Assembly: GCA_026936335.1 (NCBI GenBank)
Contig: JAPMXV010000004.1
Span: 186,001 to 250,000, forward strand
Source: Mantamonas sphyraenae STR306
Lineage: Eukaryota; Protista; CRuMs
Direction: 5' to 3'
DNA: 64,000 nt
How positions within the stretch are numbered: the first letter of the stretch is position 1; each line of letters begins with the position of its first letter. Of the stretch, positions 54,833 to 64,000 are shown in pieces. The notes below the pieces were generated by a model. It saw only the letters and a program-made list of their open reading frames with translations, was not told the DNA's origin and did no database searches. The translations under genes and the position numbers were made by a program.

Positions 54833-56170
54833 TCATGCGCGCTTCTTCTTTCCAATGGCGTTGAGAGTGACCGAAGTGGACGGAAGGCGCTTGACGCGGG
54901 AGAAGGGGCCGACGTTGGGATCGGTGATGTAGTCGTAGAGGGTCTTGGACCAGGACTGGTGCTGAGGCAGGTTCTGGTAGAACTCGGGAGCCATGGCGCG
55001 GACCTTGTGGAGGCGGGAGCCAGGGATCATGGGGAAGTCGTGGTGCTCGTTGTGGTAGCCGACGTGGAAAGTGAGGTAGTTGAGCGGGCCGTAGTAGCTG
55101 TACGTCTCAAAGCCCTTGATGAAGACGTAGTGCTCGGCAATAAAGTGGCCAGCAACCGGGTGGATGCCCTGGCCGAGGAGGGAGCTCAGGAGGAGATAGC
55201 TGAGGGCGCCGGGGCCAAACTGGGAGTAGATGAAGTAGTTGAAGCTGAGGACGGCGGCCCAGTTGGCAGCTTCCCATGCGGTCGGTTTCTTGGGCTTCAC
55301 GCACAGCGGGCGCAGAGCATAGAAGGCAATCTGGGTGAGGACAAACATGAGCTTGGCAAAGGTGGTTGTGATGAGCGAGCCTTCGAGGGTGGAGGGGATG
55401 TCCACGTCGATGCCGTCGACGCCCTGGTAGTAATGGTGCTCCAGATGGTACTTGCGGAAGGTGATGGCCGACGGAACGGCGAGCGGAAAGTTGACAAAGA
55501 TGCTGAGGACGCGGTTGACCCACGGGGTGTCGGAAGCGAGGTTGTGGCTGATTTCATGCATGGCCAGCGAGCAGGCGTGGTTGCAGACGCCGCCAAAGAA
55601 GAAGGCCATGACAATCTGGGCCTGTTGGCACGACGGAAGGCGTACGAGAACAGGCACGGGAGGCAAAGTGGCAAGGGTCAGCATGTGTGCGTGTAGGACA
55701 CAGGGCACAGCAGGAAAGAAGAAGGAAAAAGGGTGCTCGCCGAGAAGTTTCGGTTACCGCTCGCGGCGCCTTGGGCGCCCGTTGGTGGCGAAACGGGCAA
55801 TTGCGAAGGTGCATGGAATGGCTGAATGAATGCACGACGTGGATAGGAAATGGACCGGGCGTACGCGCAGGCAGGTGCGCGTGTGTGTGGGTGGAAGGAG
55901 GGGCGAAGGAAAAACGGGCCGCGGCCACTTGCGGAGCATGCGGGAAGCTCGCCGACGTCGACATACCGTCCAGGAGGCGTCGCGCATGACCCAGGCGGCC
56001 ATGGTTTGGGCGACAACAAGGGTGGTGCACATGACACCGATCCACGGGTCGCTGCCGTACAGCTGCTTGATCTCAGGGTGGGCGTTGAGAATCAGGCGGC
56101 GGCGGGTGGCGTGCGGCTCGTCGTAGCCAACCCAGTCAAAGTTCTTCTTGGAGGAGGAGCGAGGTGCCAT
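54833..56170 (-). CDS. DEGS1: Sphingolipid delta(4)-desaturase; exons 56170-55967 and 55621-54833
   Basis: FDWVGYDEPHATRRRLIL.AHPEIK.L.G, His boxes HEISHN, HLEHH, HNEHH, plus GHFIAEHY and ETYSYYG. Confidence 0.95.
55622..55966 (-). other. Longest intron in the window (345 nt), in the desaturase gene
   Basis: GTATGT donor, GCTGAC branch, CAACAG acceptor. Splicing gives DASWT|AQIVMAFFFGG, colinear with DEGS1. Confidence 0.85.
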
Positions 56171-56270
56171 TGGGTGCTTGTGTTCCAGGAATTGGGTTGG
56201 ACGTGGATGGGCAGACGCAGGCGAGGGCACACAAACACCTTTCACTCTTTTTGAGAATCCCACAGTGCAG

Positions 56271-57536
56271 ATGCGTGTGGCTGTTTGCATGACTTTGCTC
56301 CTGGCCTTGGCGATGGTGGCCATGGCTCAGTACAACGACCCGGAGATGACTCAGATTGTGGAGGAGGCCAAAGAGTATGTTTCGCTCTCGTTTGCGGTTT
56401 GCGGACGGGTGCTATTGGCGACACCATTGGATGATCATGCGGTGGAGCATAGAGAGGGGACGGGGTGGTGATGCAGGACGAGCCACATGTGCAGTGAGAC
56501 CATGGCACTGACAAAGGAGTGGAAACACGCGTTTGGGTCACCGCAGATTCAGCACTGACTTGTACTCGTTCCTGGGTGTGAAGCCCTCAGCCACTCGCCG
56601 TAAGTGTGTGCAAGAGGAAGGGAGACGGCCATGGGTTGCGTGCACTGTGCGAGGCAGTGGCGAGGGACACGGCGGAAGGGCAGGGGGCCGAAGAAAGTGG
56701 TGGGAGGGGAAACGGGAGTGAGCCACGTCACGTGCAAAGTTGAGCTCGGGCAGGCGACGCAGGCGGTGCAGGTGGCACATCACAGAGGGCAGATTGCTGA
56801 CAAGGAGGGTTGCGCGCACGTCACAGAGCAAATCCACAAGGCGTTCATCCGGCTGTCGCGTGAAAAGCACCCGGATCGCAACAAGGACAACCCGAATGCA
56901 GAGGCGGAGTTTAGGATGGTGAGCAGGGCCAAGGCAATCTTGGGCAACGCAGACAAGCGCGAAAAGTACGATTACATCCTGGCGCACGCGATGCCGGGCA
57001 ACGATTTCCTGTACGCTGGCGATGCAGGCAAGTTCCAGGAGGCAAGCACGCACAGCGCGCTGTTTGCCATTGTGGCGACGCTGCTGGTGACGTCTGCTCT
57101 GCATTACGTGGTGTTGCAGCACCGATACAACACGGCGGTGGAGTTGGCCAAGGAGAGCCCTCAGTACAAGCGCATGGTGAAGGAGAAGAAGGAGGAGCTT
57201 GCACGCGAAGCGTCCGAGTCGACGCCGACGCGCGGACGCAGCTCGTCGCCTGCACGTGGACGCAGCACGTCTCCCAAGCCCAAGCGTCGCACAGCCAAGT
57301 ACCAGAAGAAGGTGAAGAAGACCGTGGACGTGGAGGAGGAGGACCTGGGCATCGAGTTTGAGCTGGTCAACGTGCACCCGCCCAGCATCACCGACGTGTT
57401 TGCCTTTCAGATTGTGCTCTACCCGATCCGTCTGCTCACGGGCGCCAACAAGAGTGACGTCAAGGAGGACGAGCTCAGTGGAGCCATCAAGCTGCGCAAG
57501 GCCAGCTTCCAGGAGGACGAGATGAGCGCCGAGTGA
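56271..57536 (+). CDS. ER membrane J-domain co-chaperone, DNAJC25/DNAJC1-like; exons 56271-56374, 56547-56599, 56827-57536
   Basis: Signal peptide. The spliced J domain reads DLYSFLGVKPSATR|QQIHKAFIRLSREKHPDRN. TM helix and PSITDVFAFQIVLYP motif follow. Confidence 0.85.
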
Positions 57537-57591
57537 GAGGCAGGCGCGACTGTGCAAACGAAATGAAGTGCAGCAGCATTGAGCCAGATGG

Positions 57592-60500
57592 ATGATCAAA
57601 CACGGAGGTGAGACGGGAGGCGCTGTGGGAGCCAACAAGGAAGCAAAGGAGATGGACGATGCCCAGTTGATCGACCTACTGGAGGACGAGGAGGAGGAGG
57701 AGGATGACGATGATGACGACGAAGTGCAGTTCTTGGGCATTTCCAAACGCCCTCGAGCAGACGGGAAACGTGAAGAAAGGGCGGAGGAGGCGTCAGATGA
57801 TGACGACGATTCCGATGACGACGACTTTGTGAGCGTGTTGGCGAGCAACACGGCAAAACGACAGCGCGTGGTCAGTTCTCCTGGCCATTTAGGGGTGAAA
57901 CAGGAGCATGAAGAGTGGCAGCGTGTGGAGGGTGATGCGGGAGAGGCGACGTCGTCACGCCGTGCACGCGAGAACGCAGGGGAACACAGGAACCGGCCGG
58001 GAACCGAGTCCAAAGAGCAAAAGAGGGCGCCAAACATGTTGGATATGCTGACGAGGCAACGTTTGACGCAGACTCTTCCTGCGTGGCCGCTGCCCAAGTC
58101 TGCGGAGGAGCTGGTGAAGCTCGTGACGGCGATGGAAACGCTGCACGACTTTTACAAGGCGCGTGGGCTGGCAGTGACGTTTGCGCTGCTGAAGCAGAGT
58201 CTAACGTCGATGGGATTCGACTTTACGTGGCGCAAGGTTGCACAGATGGTGGCACTGGACGGGGCGGCCATGGAGCTGACGACGATGCAGGCGATGCGCA
58301 ACGAGTTTGACCCCATGGAAGAGAGTGAGGAGAGGAAGCCCGAACAGCAGGTGCGCATCACCTTTCTGCCGGATCTGGCGTTGCAGCGGTTCTACCAAGA
58401 GTACAGAGGGGCGTCTGCGCTGGAGCGACACCGGTTTGAGGCGATCCCGTTGGAGGAAATGGGCCTGTTTGAAAGCCGTGGGGACAAGATGCGGCACATG
58501 ATTCTGGAAACGTTGCATCTGCATCAGGGAATGGTGTTGGGGCCGGGCAGACAAGCGCAGTGGTGTAAGCAGGGCGACCATTGGCATCCAGACTTTGACG
58601 TGGACTCGGTGCAGCTGCCCATGGCGAGCCTGCCGTTTCTGGACGAGCACGACACATTCATTGGAGATCGAAGCCAGGAGATGAAGACACGTGCGATGCA
58701 GCGCACGTTTGTGGCTGCCATGGAGCACCTGATGATGAGCGAGAGCGGCGAGGTCCACTTTGCACCGCTGGCCAACAGCAAGTCGCACTTTGACGTGGTT
58801 GCGTTTGTCGAGCACCTTCGCAGCATGCCCTTCTGTGACAAGCAGCTGGTGTACACAAAAACAATTGAGCCGCGGGCAGCACGGCACGGGGAGCTGGAAA
58901 CGGAGCTGAGCCAAGCGACTCAGCTTCTGCTGCACGGCATGGGCATCCGCAGACTGTTTTCGCACCAAGTGGAGGCCATCGAGCATGTGATGGCAGGACG
59001 CAATGTGATCATCACTACGTCGACGTCATCGGGCAAGAGTCTGACGTACTACGTGCCCATTTTCGAGAACTACGTGCGCGACATCACCTCCACCGCGCTG
59101 ATCATGGCTCCCACAAAGGCACTGGCGGCCGACCAGCTACGCTCTGTGCAGGCCATGCTGAAAGGGGCTCATGAGGACCTGGCCGACATCCGGGTGGCCA
59201 CGTATGACGGCGACACGAGCAAACTGCAGCGGAAAATCAACCGCAGGGCAAATGTGCTGATGACGAACCCAGACATGTTGAGTGTGGGCATTTTGCCACA
59301 CCACGAGGAGCTTTGGGCCAGCTTCTTCCGCAATTTACGCGTGGTGGTGCTGGACGAAGCGCACATGTGGTCTGGATTCACAGGGTCGCACATCGCCTTG
59401 CTGTTGAGGCGGTTGCTGCGCGTGGTACGACGTCACGCAGAACGCGATCCTGTGTTTGTGCTGGCCAGTGCAACAATGGCAAACGCACGGCAACACGCAA
59501 AGCAACTCACGACACTGGTTCACGAAGAGGTGAGCGATGACGGCTCGCCAAGCGGTCTGCGCGTGCAGGCTCTGTGGAATCCGCCGCTGGTGAAGGAGGA
59601 TGAGCCGGAGCAAGGCAGATTTAGCAGCAACATGGAAGCTGCGTCGCTGTACTGCTTCCTGCTTCACCACAAGGTGCGCACGCTGCTGTTTGTGGAGACG
59701 CGCAAGCAGGTGGAGGTGCTTGTCAAGATGTTCCAAGACCAGACACGAGAGGCAGACAAGCAGCGCAAGAAACTGACGTCCAAGTACGTGCAGGATGGAC
59801 GTCGGGTGCCCGGACACATGACGCTGTACCCGCAGGCAGAGGAGGTTTTGCGAAGGTCCGGATCACACCGTGGAGGGTACACAAAGGGTAACAGGCGCGA
59901 AGTGGAGCGCCTGTTGTTCAGTGACGAGCTGTTGGGCGCGTGTGCGACCAATTCGCTGGAGATTGGTATCGATGTGGGCGGAATTGCGGCCACAGTGACT
60001 CTCGGCTTCCCGGGAGTGGCGTCGTTCCAACAACAGGCCGGACGTGCAGGACGGTCGGGATCCAACAGCCTGAATGTGATGGTGATGCAAGCAGACCCGA
60101 TGAACCAGTACCTGCTCCGACACCCGGAGGCGATGCTGGACGGCAAGTACGCGCTGACACCGGTCAATCCGCTGAATCCCATGGCCATGCGCAAACATCT
60201 GGCCGCGGCTGCCTACGAGGTGCCCCTGGATGCCACCCAGGACGCCAAACTGTTTGGGCCCGTTTCACAAAGTGGCGTGCAGGACGATGAAGTGGAAACG
60301 AGCACATTCGAAGGGGTGGTCGACGTGCTGCAAGCACACGGCGTGCTGACACAGGACAAAGACACTCAGCTGTACCGATATGCCAAGGACGACTACCCTG
60401 CGGCGTTCAACCTGCGCTCCTCGGATTTGGCCCAGTACACGGTCGTGGATGAACACGGCAAGGAGTTGGAAGAAGGCCTGGACGCCATCGACGTGCAGCT

Positions 60501-61521
60501 GCGCGCACACACGGGGGCCATTCTGCTCCATCGTGGCAAAACGTACCTGATCACAGAGTTGGATCACAACAACAAGGTGGCACACGGGCGTGCGATTGTG
60601 GCCAAGTTTTACACGGACCCAGTGGACCACACACGCGTCAAGATGGACCAAAAGCGAGAAGAAATGACGTACCGCAGCACAAAAGTAGACTATGGCGTGC
60701 TGGACATCAACTTTAAGGTGTTCTTCTACAAAAAGCGTAAGCCAGGCACGGATGTGGTGTTGGAGAAGGTCAAGATCTCGGAGCCGTTTGTGAACTACAA
60801 GACGACGGGCATGCTGATTCACGTGCCTTCCACCGCCCGTGTGGCTCTGGAGGAAGCGAATCTGGAGAAGGAGCGGCTGTGGAAAGCGGCGCGCAGGGAA
60901 CGGCTGGCCAAGAGTGGCAGCGGCAACGGACGCAGCAGCAGCGTCAAAAAGAAGAGCAAGCCTCTGTCGAAGCGCATCAAAGACAAAGGTAAGATCAAAG
61001 TGCGCACAGGATTCTCGGCAGTGGTGCCGACGGCCACCAAGAGCGAGGACGGCGATGGTGGTGGTCAAGGCGATCGTCAAGGCGACGAGGAAGGGGAGAA
61101 GGAGGAAGCGCCACCGGACATGTTGAATCTCAAGGCGGGTGTGCATGCACTGGAGCACGTTTTTCTCAGCTCGGTGCCACTGCTGGTGGGGTGTCCGAGC
61201 ACGCGAGAGATCAGGGGACATGCGTGCGACAGCAGCAACGTGGACAACAAAGCGCCGCGGATGGCCTTGTTTGACACGCGAGAGGGTGGCACGGGTGTTT
61301 GTCACGCAGCCATGACACGCATGCCGCGTCTGCTGGAAACGGTGCACGAAATCATCAGCGCGTGTCCTTGCAAGAACGGCTGCCCATCCTGCATCTACCA
61401 TCCGTTCTGCGAGGACTATAACGCAGAGGAGAACCTGTGCAAAGAGTCTGCCATGTTGATTTGCGAGTGCATGATGGCTGAGGCGGCGGAAGAGGCGAGG
61501 GAAACTGGAGTGAATCCTTGA
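57592..61521 (+). CDS. HRQ1: Hrq1-like SF2 DEAH helicase with DUF1998 Zn-binding C-terminus and N-terminal Cdt1-like winged-helix region; intronless
   Basis: LFSHQ, TSTSSGKS, PTKALAADQ, TYDGDT, TNPDML, DEAH, SAT, ATNSLEIGIDVG, QQAGRAGR, HALEH, GGTG, CPCKNGCPSC. Confidence 0.93.
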   Translation: MIKHGGETGGAVGANKEAKEMDDAQLIDLLEDEEEEEDDDDDDEVQFLGISKRPRADGKREERAEEASDDDDDSDDDDFVSVLASNTAKRQRVVSSPGHLGVKQEHEEWQRVEGDAGEATSSRRARENAGEHRNRPGTESKEQKRAPNMLDMLTRQRLTQTLPAWPLPKSAEELVKLVTAMETLHDFYKARGLAVTFALLKQSLTSMGFDFTWRKVAQMVALDGAAMELTTMQAMRNEFDPMEESEERKPEQQVRITFLPDLALQRFYQEYRGASALERHRFEAIPLEEMGLFESRGDKMRHMILETLHLHQGMVLGPGRQAQWCKQGDHWHPDFDVDSVQLPMASLPFLDEHDTFIGDRSQEMKTRAMQRTFVAAMEHLMMSESGEVHFAPLANSKSHFDVVAFVEHLRSMPFCDKQLVYTKTIEPRAARHGELETELSQATQLLLHGMGIRRLFSHQVEAIEHVMAGRNVIITTSTSSGKSLTYYVPIFENYVRDITSTALIMAPTKALAADQLRSVQAMLKGAHEDLADIRVATYDGDTSKLQRKINRRANVLMTNPDMLSVGILPHHEELWASFFRNLRVVVLDEAHMWSGFTGSHIALLLRRLLRVVRRHAERDPVFVLASATMANARQHAKQLTTLVHEEVSDDGSPSGLRVQALWNPPLVKEDEPEQGRFSSNMEAASLYCFLLHHKVRTLLFVETRKQVEVLVKMFQDQTREADKQRKKLTSKYVQDGRRVPGHMTLYPQAEEVLRRSGSHRGGYTKGNRREVERLLFSDELLGACATNSLEIGIDVGGIAATVTLGFPGVASFQQQAGRAGRSGSNSLNVMVMQADPMNQYLLRHPEAMLDGKYALTPVNPLNPMAMRKHLAAAAYEVPLDATQDAKLFGPVSQSGVQDDEVETSTFEGVVDVLQAHGVLTQDKDTQLYRYAKDDYPAAFNLRSSDLAQYTVVDEHGKELEEGLDAIDVQLRAHTGAILLHRGKTYLITELDHNNKVAHGRAIVAKFYTDPVDHTRVKMDQKREEMTYRSTKVDYGVLDINFKVFFYKKRKPGTDVVLEKVKISEPFVNYKTTGMLIHVPSTARVALEEANLEKERLWKAARRERLAKSGSGNGRSSSVKKKSKPLSKRIKDKGKIKVRTGFSAVVPTATKSEDGDGGGQGDRQGDEEGEKEEAPPDMLNLKAGVHALEHVFLSSVPLLVGCPSTREIRGHACDSSNVDNKAPRMALFDTREGGTGVCHAAMTRMPRLLETVHEIISACPCKNGCPSCIYHPFCEDYNAEENLCKESAMLICECMMAEAAEEARETGVNP

Positions 61522-61645
61522 AACGGAAATTGCTTTTGCTCGTTGACCAGAGGTGCATGTCTCTCACAACGCCTGGCAACCATCCGTGTCTACACACACA
61601 AGTGAGCACACGAGCGTGTGTGAAACCCAACTCCAACGTGGCCAA

Positions 61646-62713
61646 TCAACAGTCGGCGCAGTGCTGGTTTTGAGCAGCCATCTTGCGCAGCTTGCGATTG
61701 GACGGGCGCTTCATCTTGGGCATGGGAATCTCGCCAGAACGCACCTTGCGCACATATTCCTCACGAGCGATGATGTTCTGGGCCTCCTCGATGGTGAGCC
61801 CCTTGGTCGCCGCCAGATGTTCGGCCGCACTCTCTCCTTTGCCAAGCATCCACATGACCAGAGTGTATGGCAGCAGCACAATGCGCACAATAAACACGTC
61901 CTGCAATCTGGGCTTGGCGATACCGCCCAAAGACCACTGGAAGCCCGTTCCGTCGTCGTCGTTGTCAAACATGCCCTCGTCCGCGTCGTCGTCCATGCCC
62001 GATCCGGAGACGTCGCTGTCCTCAGTTTCCTCTTGTTGCTCTTGTGCTTCCTGATGCTCTTTGAGCTCTTGCATCATCTTGCGCTTGGCTCTCTTGCCCC
62101 GTCCGCGAAGCATGGCCTTGCGCTTCATCTCTTCGTGCGCCTCCTCCGCCGCCTGCCTGTCCAGACGCTTCTTGCGTGCACTCTTGAACTGCAACGAATT
62201 GCGGACGGCGTTGTGGCGGTTGTGGTAGCGCACATAGGCCGTAAAGTACTGGATCAGCGACACGAGAATCGCAGCCACCACTGCCACGCTGTACACACTG
62301 TGCTGCGCCCCGTAATGGGCTGGATAGCGCGTGTCGTTCACACCAAACGACCAGTCCATGGGAAGGTCTTCGGGCTCCCGCCCATACGTGGACAGGTGGT
62401 CGTACCGCCGACGCAGCGTCGGGTCGAGCAGGATGTCCTTGGCGTCGGCCAGGTCCCGAAACATGGCCGTGGCGCTCTTTGAGTTCTGCGCCTTGTCTGG
62501 ATGGTGCAGCTTGGACTTTTTCCGGTACGCTCGCTTGATCACGTCTGGCGCCGCCTGTCTGCTGATCCCCAGCAACTCATACAGCGACTTGTGGTGCCGT
62601 GTGTGGATCTCCATCAGTTTCCTGCTGTCCATGTGCGCCTCTGCGCCGCCTGCACACACACACACAACCACCAACAGGGCTACCAAGATCTTCCACGACG
62701 ACAACGCAAGCAT
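61646..62713 (-). CDS. DNAJC25-like ER membrane J-domain protein
   Basis: Signal peptide, SLYELLGI...IKRAYRKKSKLHHPDK, TM helix, KPRLQDVFIVRIVLLPY. A small terminal intron near 61590-61650 is possible. Confidence 0.87.
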   Translation of the reverse strand: MLALSSWKILVALLVVVCVCAGGAEAHMDSRKLMEIHTRHHKSLYELLGISRQAAPDVIKRAYRKKSKLHHPDKAQNSKSATAMFRDLADAKDILLDPTLRRRYDHLSTYGREPEDLPMDWSFGVNDTRYPAHYGAQHSVYSVAVVAAILVSLIQYFTAYVRYHNRHNAVRNSLQFKSARKKRLDRQAAEEAHEEMKRKAMLRGRGKRAKRKMMQELKEHQEAQEQQEETEDSDVSGSGMDDDADEGMFDNDDDGTGFQWSLGGIAKPRLQDVFIVRIVLLPYTLVMWMLGKGESAAEHLAATKGLTIEEAQNIIAREEYVRKVRSGEIPMPKMKRPSNRKLRKMAAQNQHCADC

Positions 62714-62796
62714 CTCGGGGCAATGGCGTGTGTGGATGGACTGGGGAAAGGGTGGTTGCTTTGGCGCAGTTGCCGAGTCACTCATTCATTTCGAAA

Positions 62797-63919
62797 TCAC
62801 AACACGAGCATCATGCCACCAGCACTGTGCACAGGCTGCGACACTTCGTCCTCCTGCTCTTGTTCCTCCTCGCTTTGCTGCTGCTGCTGCTTCTGCTGTC
62901 CGCCGTCCTGCTCGCCGTCGTCCTCCACGCTGAGCGGATCGTCCTCGCCAAAGGCCAGCTTAGTGGCCGGCTTGTCGCTGCTCATCAGGCGGCCCACCGT
63001 CTCCTCCAGGGCCATGGCGTTGTTCTCTGCCGCGTTCTCTGCGTCCATGCCGTTGGTGCTGAGGAAGGCCTTGGCCTTGTTCGGGCCAGAGCGGATTTCC
63101 ACAGCCACGTCGTTGTTCCTGTTCTCCTGCTGTGCCTGCGCCGACGGCTGCTTGCTCTTGGGCAACACACGCAGTGCACCCGTGCTCAGGCCTCCAAACA
63201 CCTTCTTCTGGCTGCCACCAGCCTGGGCAGCGCGCCTTGACTTGCGGATGGTTTCGCGCAGCGACGACGACGACGACGGCGTCTTGCTCTTGCGTGCACT
63301 CGATCCCACCTTGGCGCCTCCTGAGGCGCTCTTGGAGCTGGAACGCAGCGCCATCTTGATTTTCTGCATGCTGTCGGGCTTGACGTACAGGCCGGCGTAT
63401 GCCTGCAGGCTCTGCTGCTCGATGCTGCCACGCACGGCGTCCCACATACCGTCAAGGTGAAGCAGGGCACGTTTGCCAGCGGTACGAGTCACGCTCTCCT
63501 TGCCACACACCAGCGTGGCCAGACAGAGCACCAACGAGTGCACAAACTCTTCCTGGGCCTGGAGAGTGTCCACCACATGTGCGTTGCGACGCTGCGGAAG
63601 CACACTGAGGCAGTCCTGCATCAGCTGAGCCACACAGGCAACCACTTTGCTGTTGTTGTGTTCGCTCTCGTGAACCAGCGCCTGCAGCGCCTCCACGCTC
63701 GGATATCCCGTCACCAGCGAGTTCATGGCCTTCATGGCCTCGTCCCGGATGAACCGCTTGTCGTTGATGGCCCGCATCAGCAGAGGCGGAAGCACACGGT
63801 CCACAGCCACGTGCTCGCCCAGCTGCGTGCACACATCCTGGTAGCACAGAAGCGAGATCTTCACAATCGACGACCTCAGGCTCACCACAGTCGACTCCAG
63901 TGTTTCGCAAATGTGTGTG
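62797..63919 (-). CDS. TOG/CLASP-N (HEAT) domain protein, last exon; 5' part lies beyond the window
   Basis: VVSLRSSIVK, LLMRAINDKRFIRDEAMKAM, HNNSKV. Splice acceptor TGCAG at 63920-63924 with a GCTAAC branch site near 63953. Confidence 0.78.
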
Positions 63920-64000
63920 CTGCACAAACGGGCGTGGGTGGGTTCATGCAGAGTTAGCACCATTGGTTGTTGCTCGTGTGTGCTTGTGCGTTTTCTTCAG

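Noticed and set aside
57592-61521. DUF1998 helicase as part of a bacterial defence system (DISARM/Druantia-like)
   Set aside because: It has a eukaryotic Hrq1-type N-terminus, no partner defence genes nearby, and host-like codon usage.
1-64000. Functional gene cluster, tRNA/rRNA genes or transposons
   Set aside because: Neighbouring genes have unrelated functions. No cloverleaf, rRNA-like tract, transposase/RT ORF or terminal repeats were recognised by eye. A covariance-model scan would be needed to exclude small ncRNAs.

Overview
Very gene-dense, GC-rich eukaryotic (protist-like) nuclear DNA, not prokaryotic. About 29 protein-coding genes tile almost the whole window on both strands. Introns are short GT-AG spliceosomal introns (mostly about 75-170 nt, one 345 nt) with CTRAC-type branch points and often (CA)n/(TG)n tracts before the AG. 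Intergenic gaps are mostly 10-140 bp and two gene pairs overlap. Recognisable genes: Notchless/Rsa4, mitochondrial IF2, ADP-dependent glucokinase, a VARP-like VPS9 GEF, indoleamine 2,3-dioxygenase, GH2 beta-mannosidase, an EamA transporter, myotubularin-FYVE, a TAF1C-like protein, F-box/WD40, SRP19, PDAT, SART3/Prp24, SIKE/FGFR1OP2-like, sphingolipid delta-4 desaturase, Hrq1 helicase, two DNAJC25-like J-proteins and a TOG protein. The talin-type FERM head and SIKE-like gene suggest Amorphea or a close relative (inference only). The most interesting signals are a probable single spliced gene fusing F-box/LRR to a talin-like head, a 2,557-aa 4xCH-HEAT-coiled-coil protein, an orphan protein built of alternating RxDS and MHQLLxKP repeats, and an AATGAA hexamer at 10 gene 3' ends that implies transcripts running into neighbouring genes. 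No rRNA, tRNA, CRISPR array or mobile element was recognised. All exon models are manual predictions without transcript evidence.
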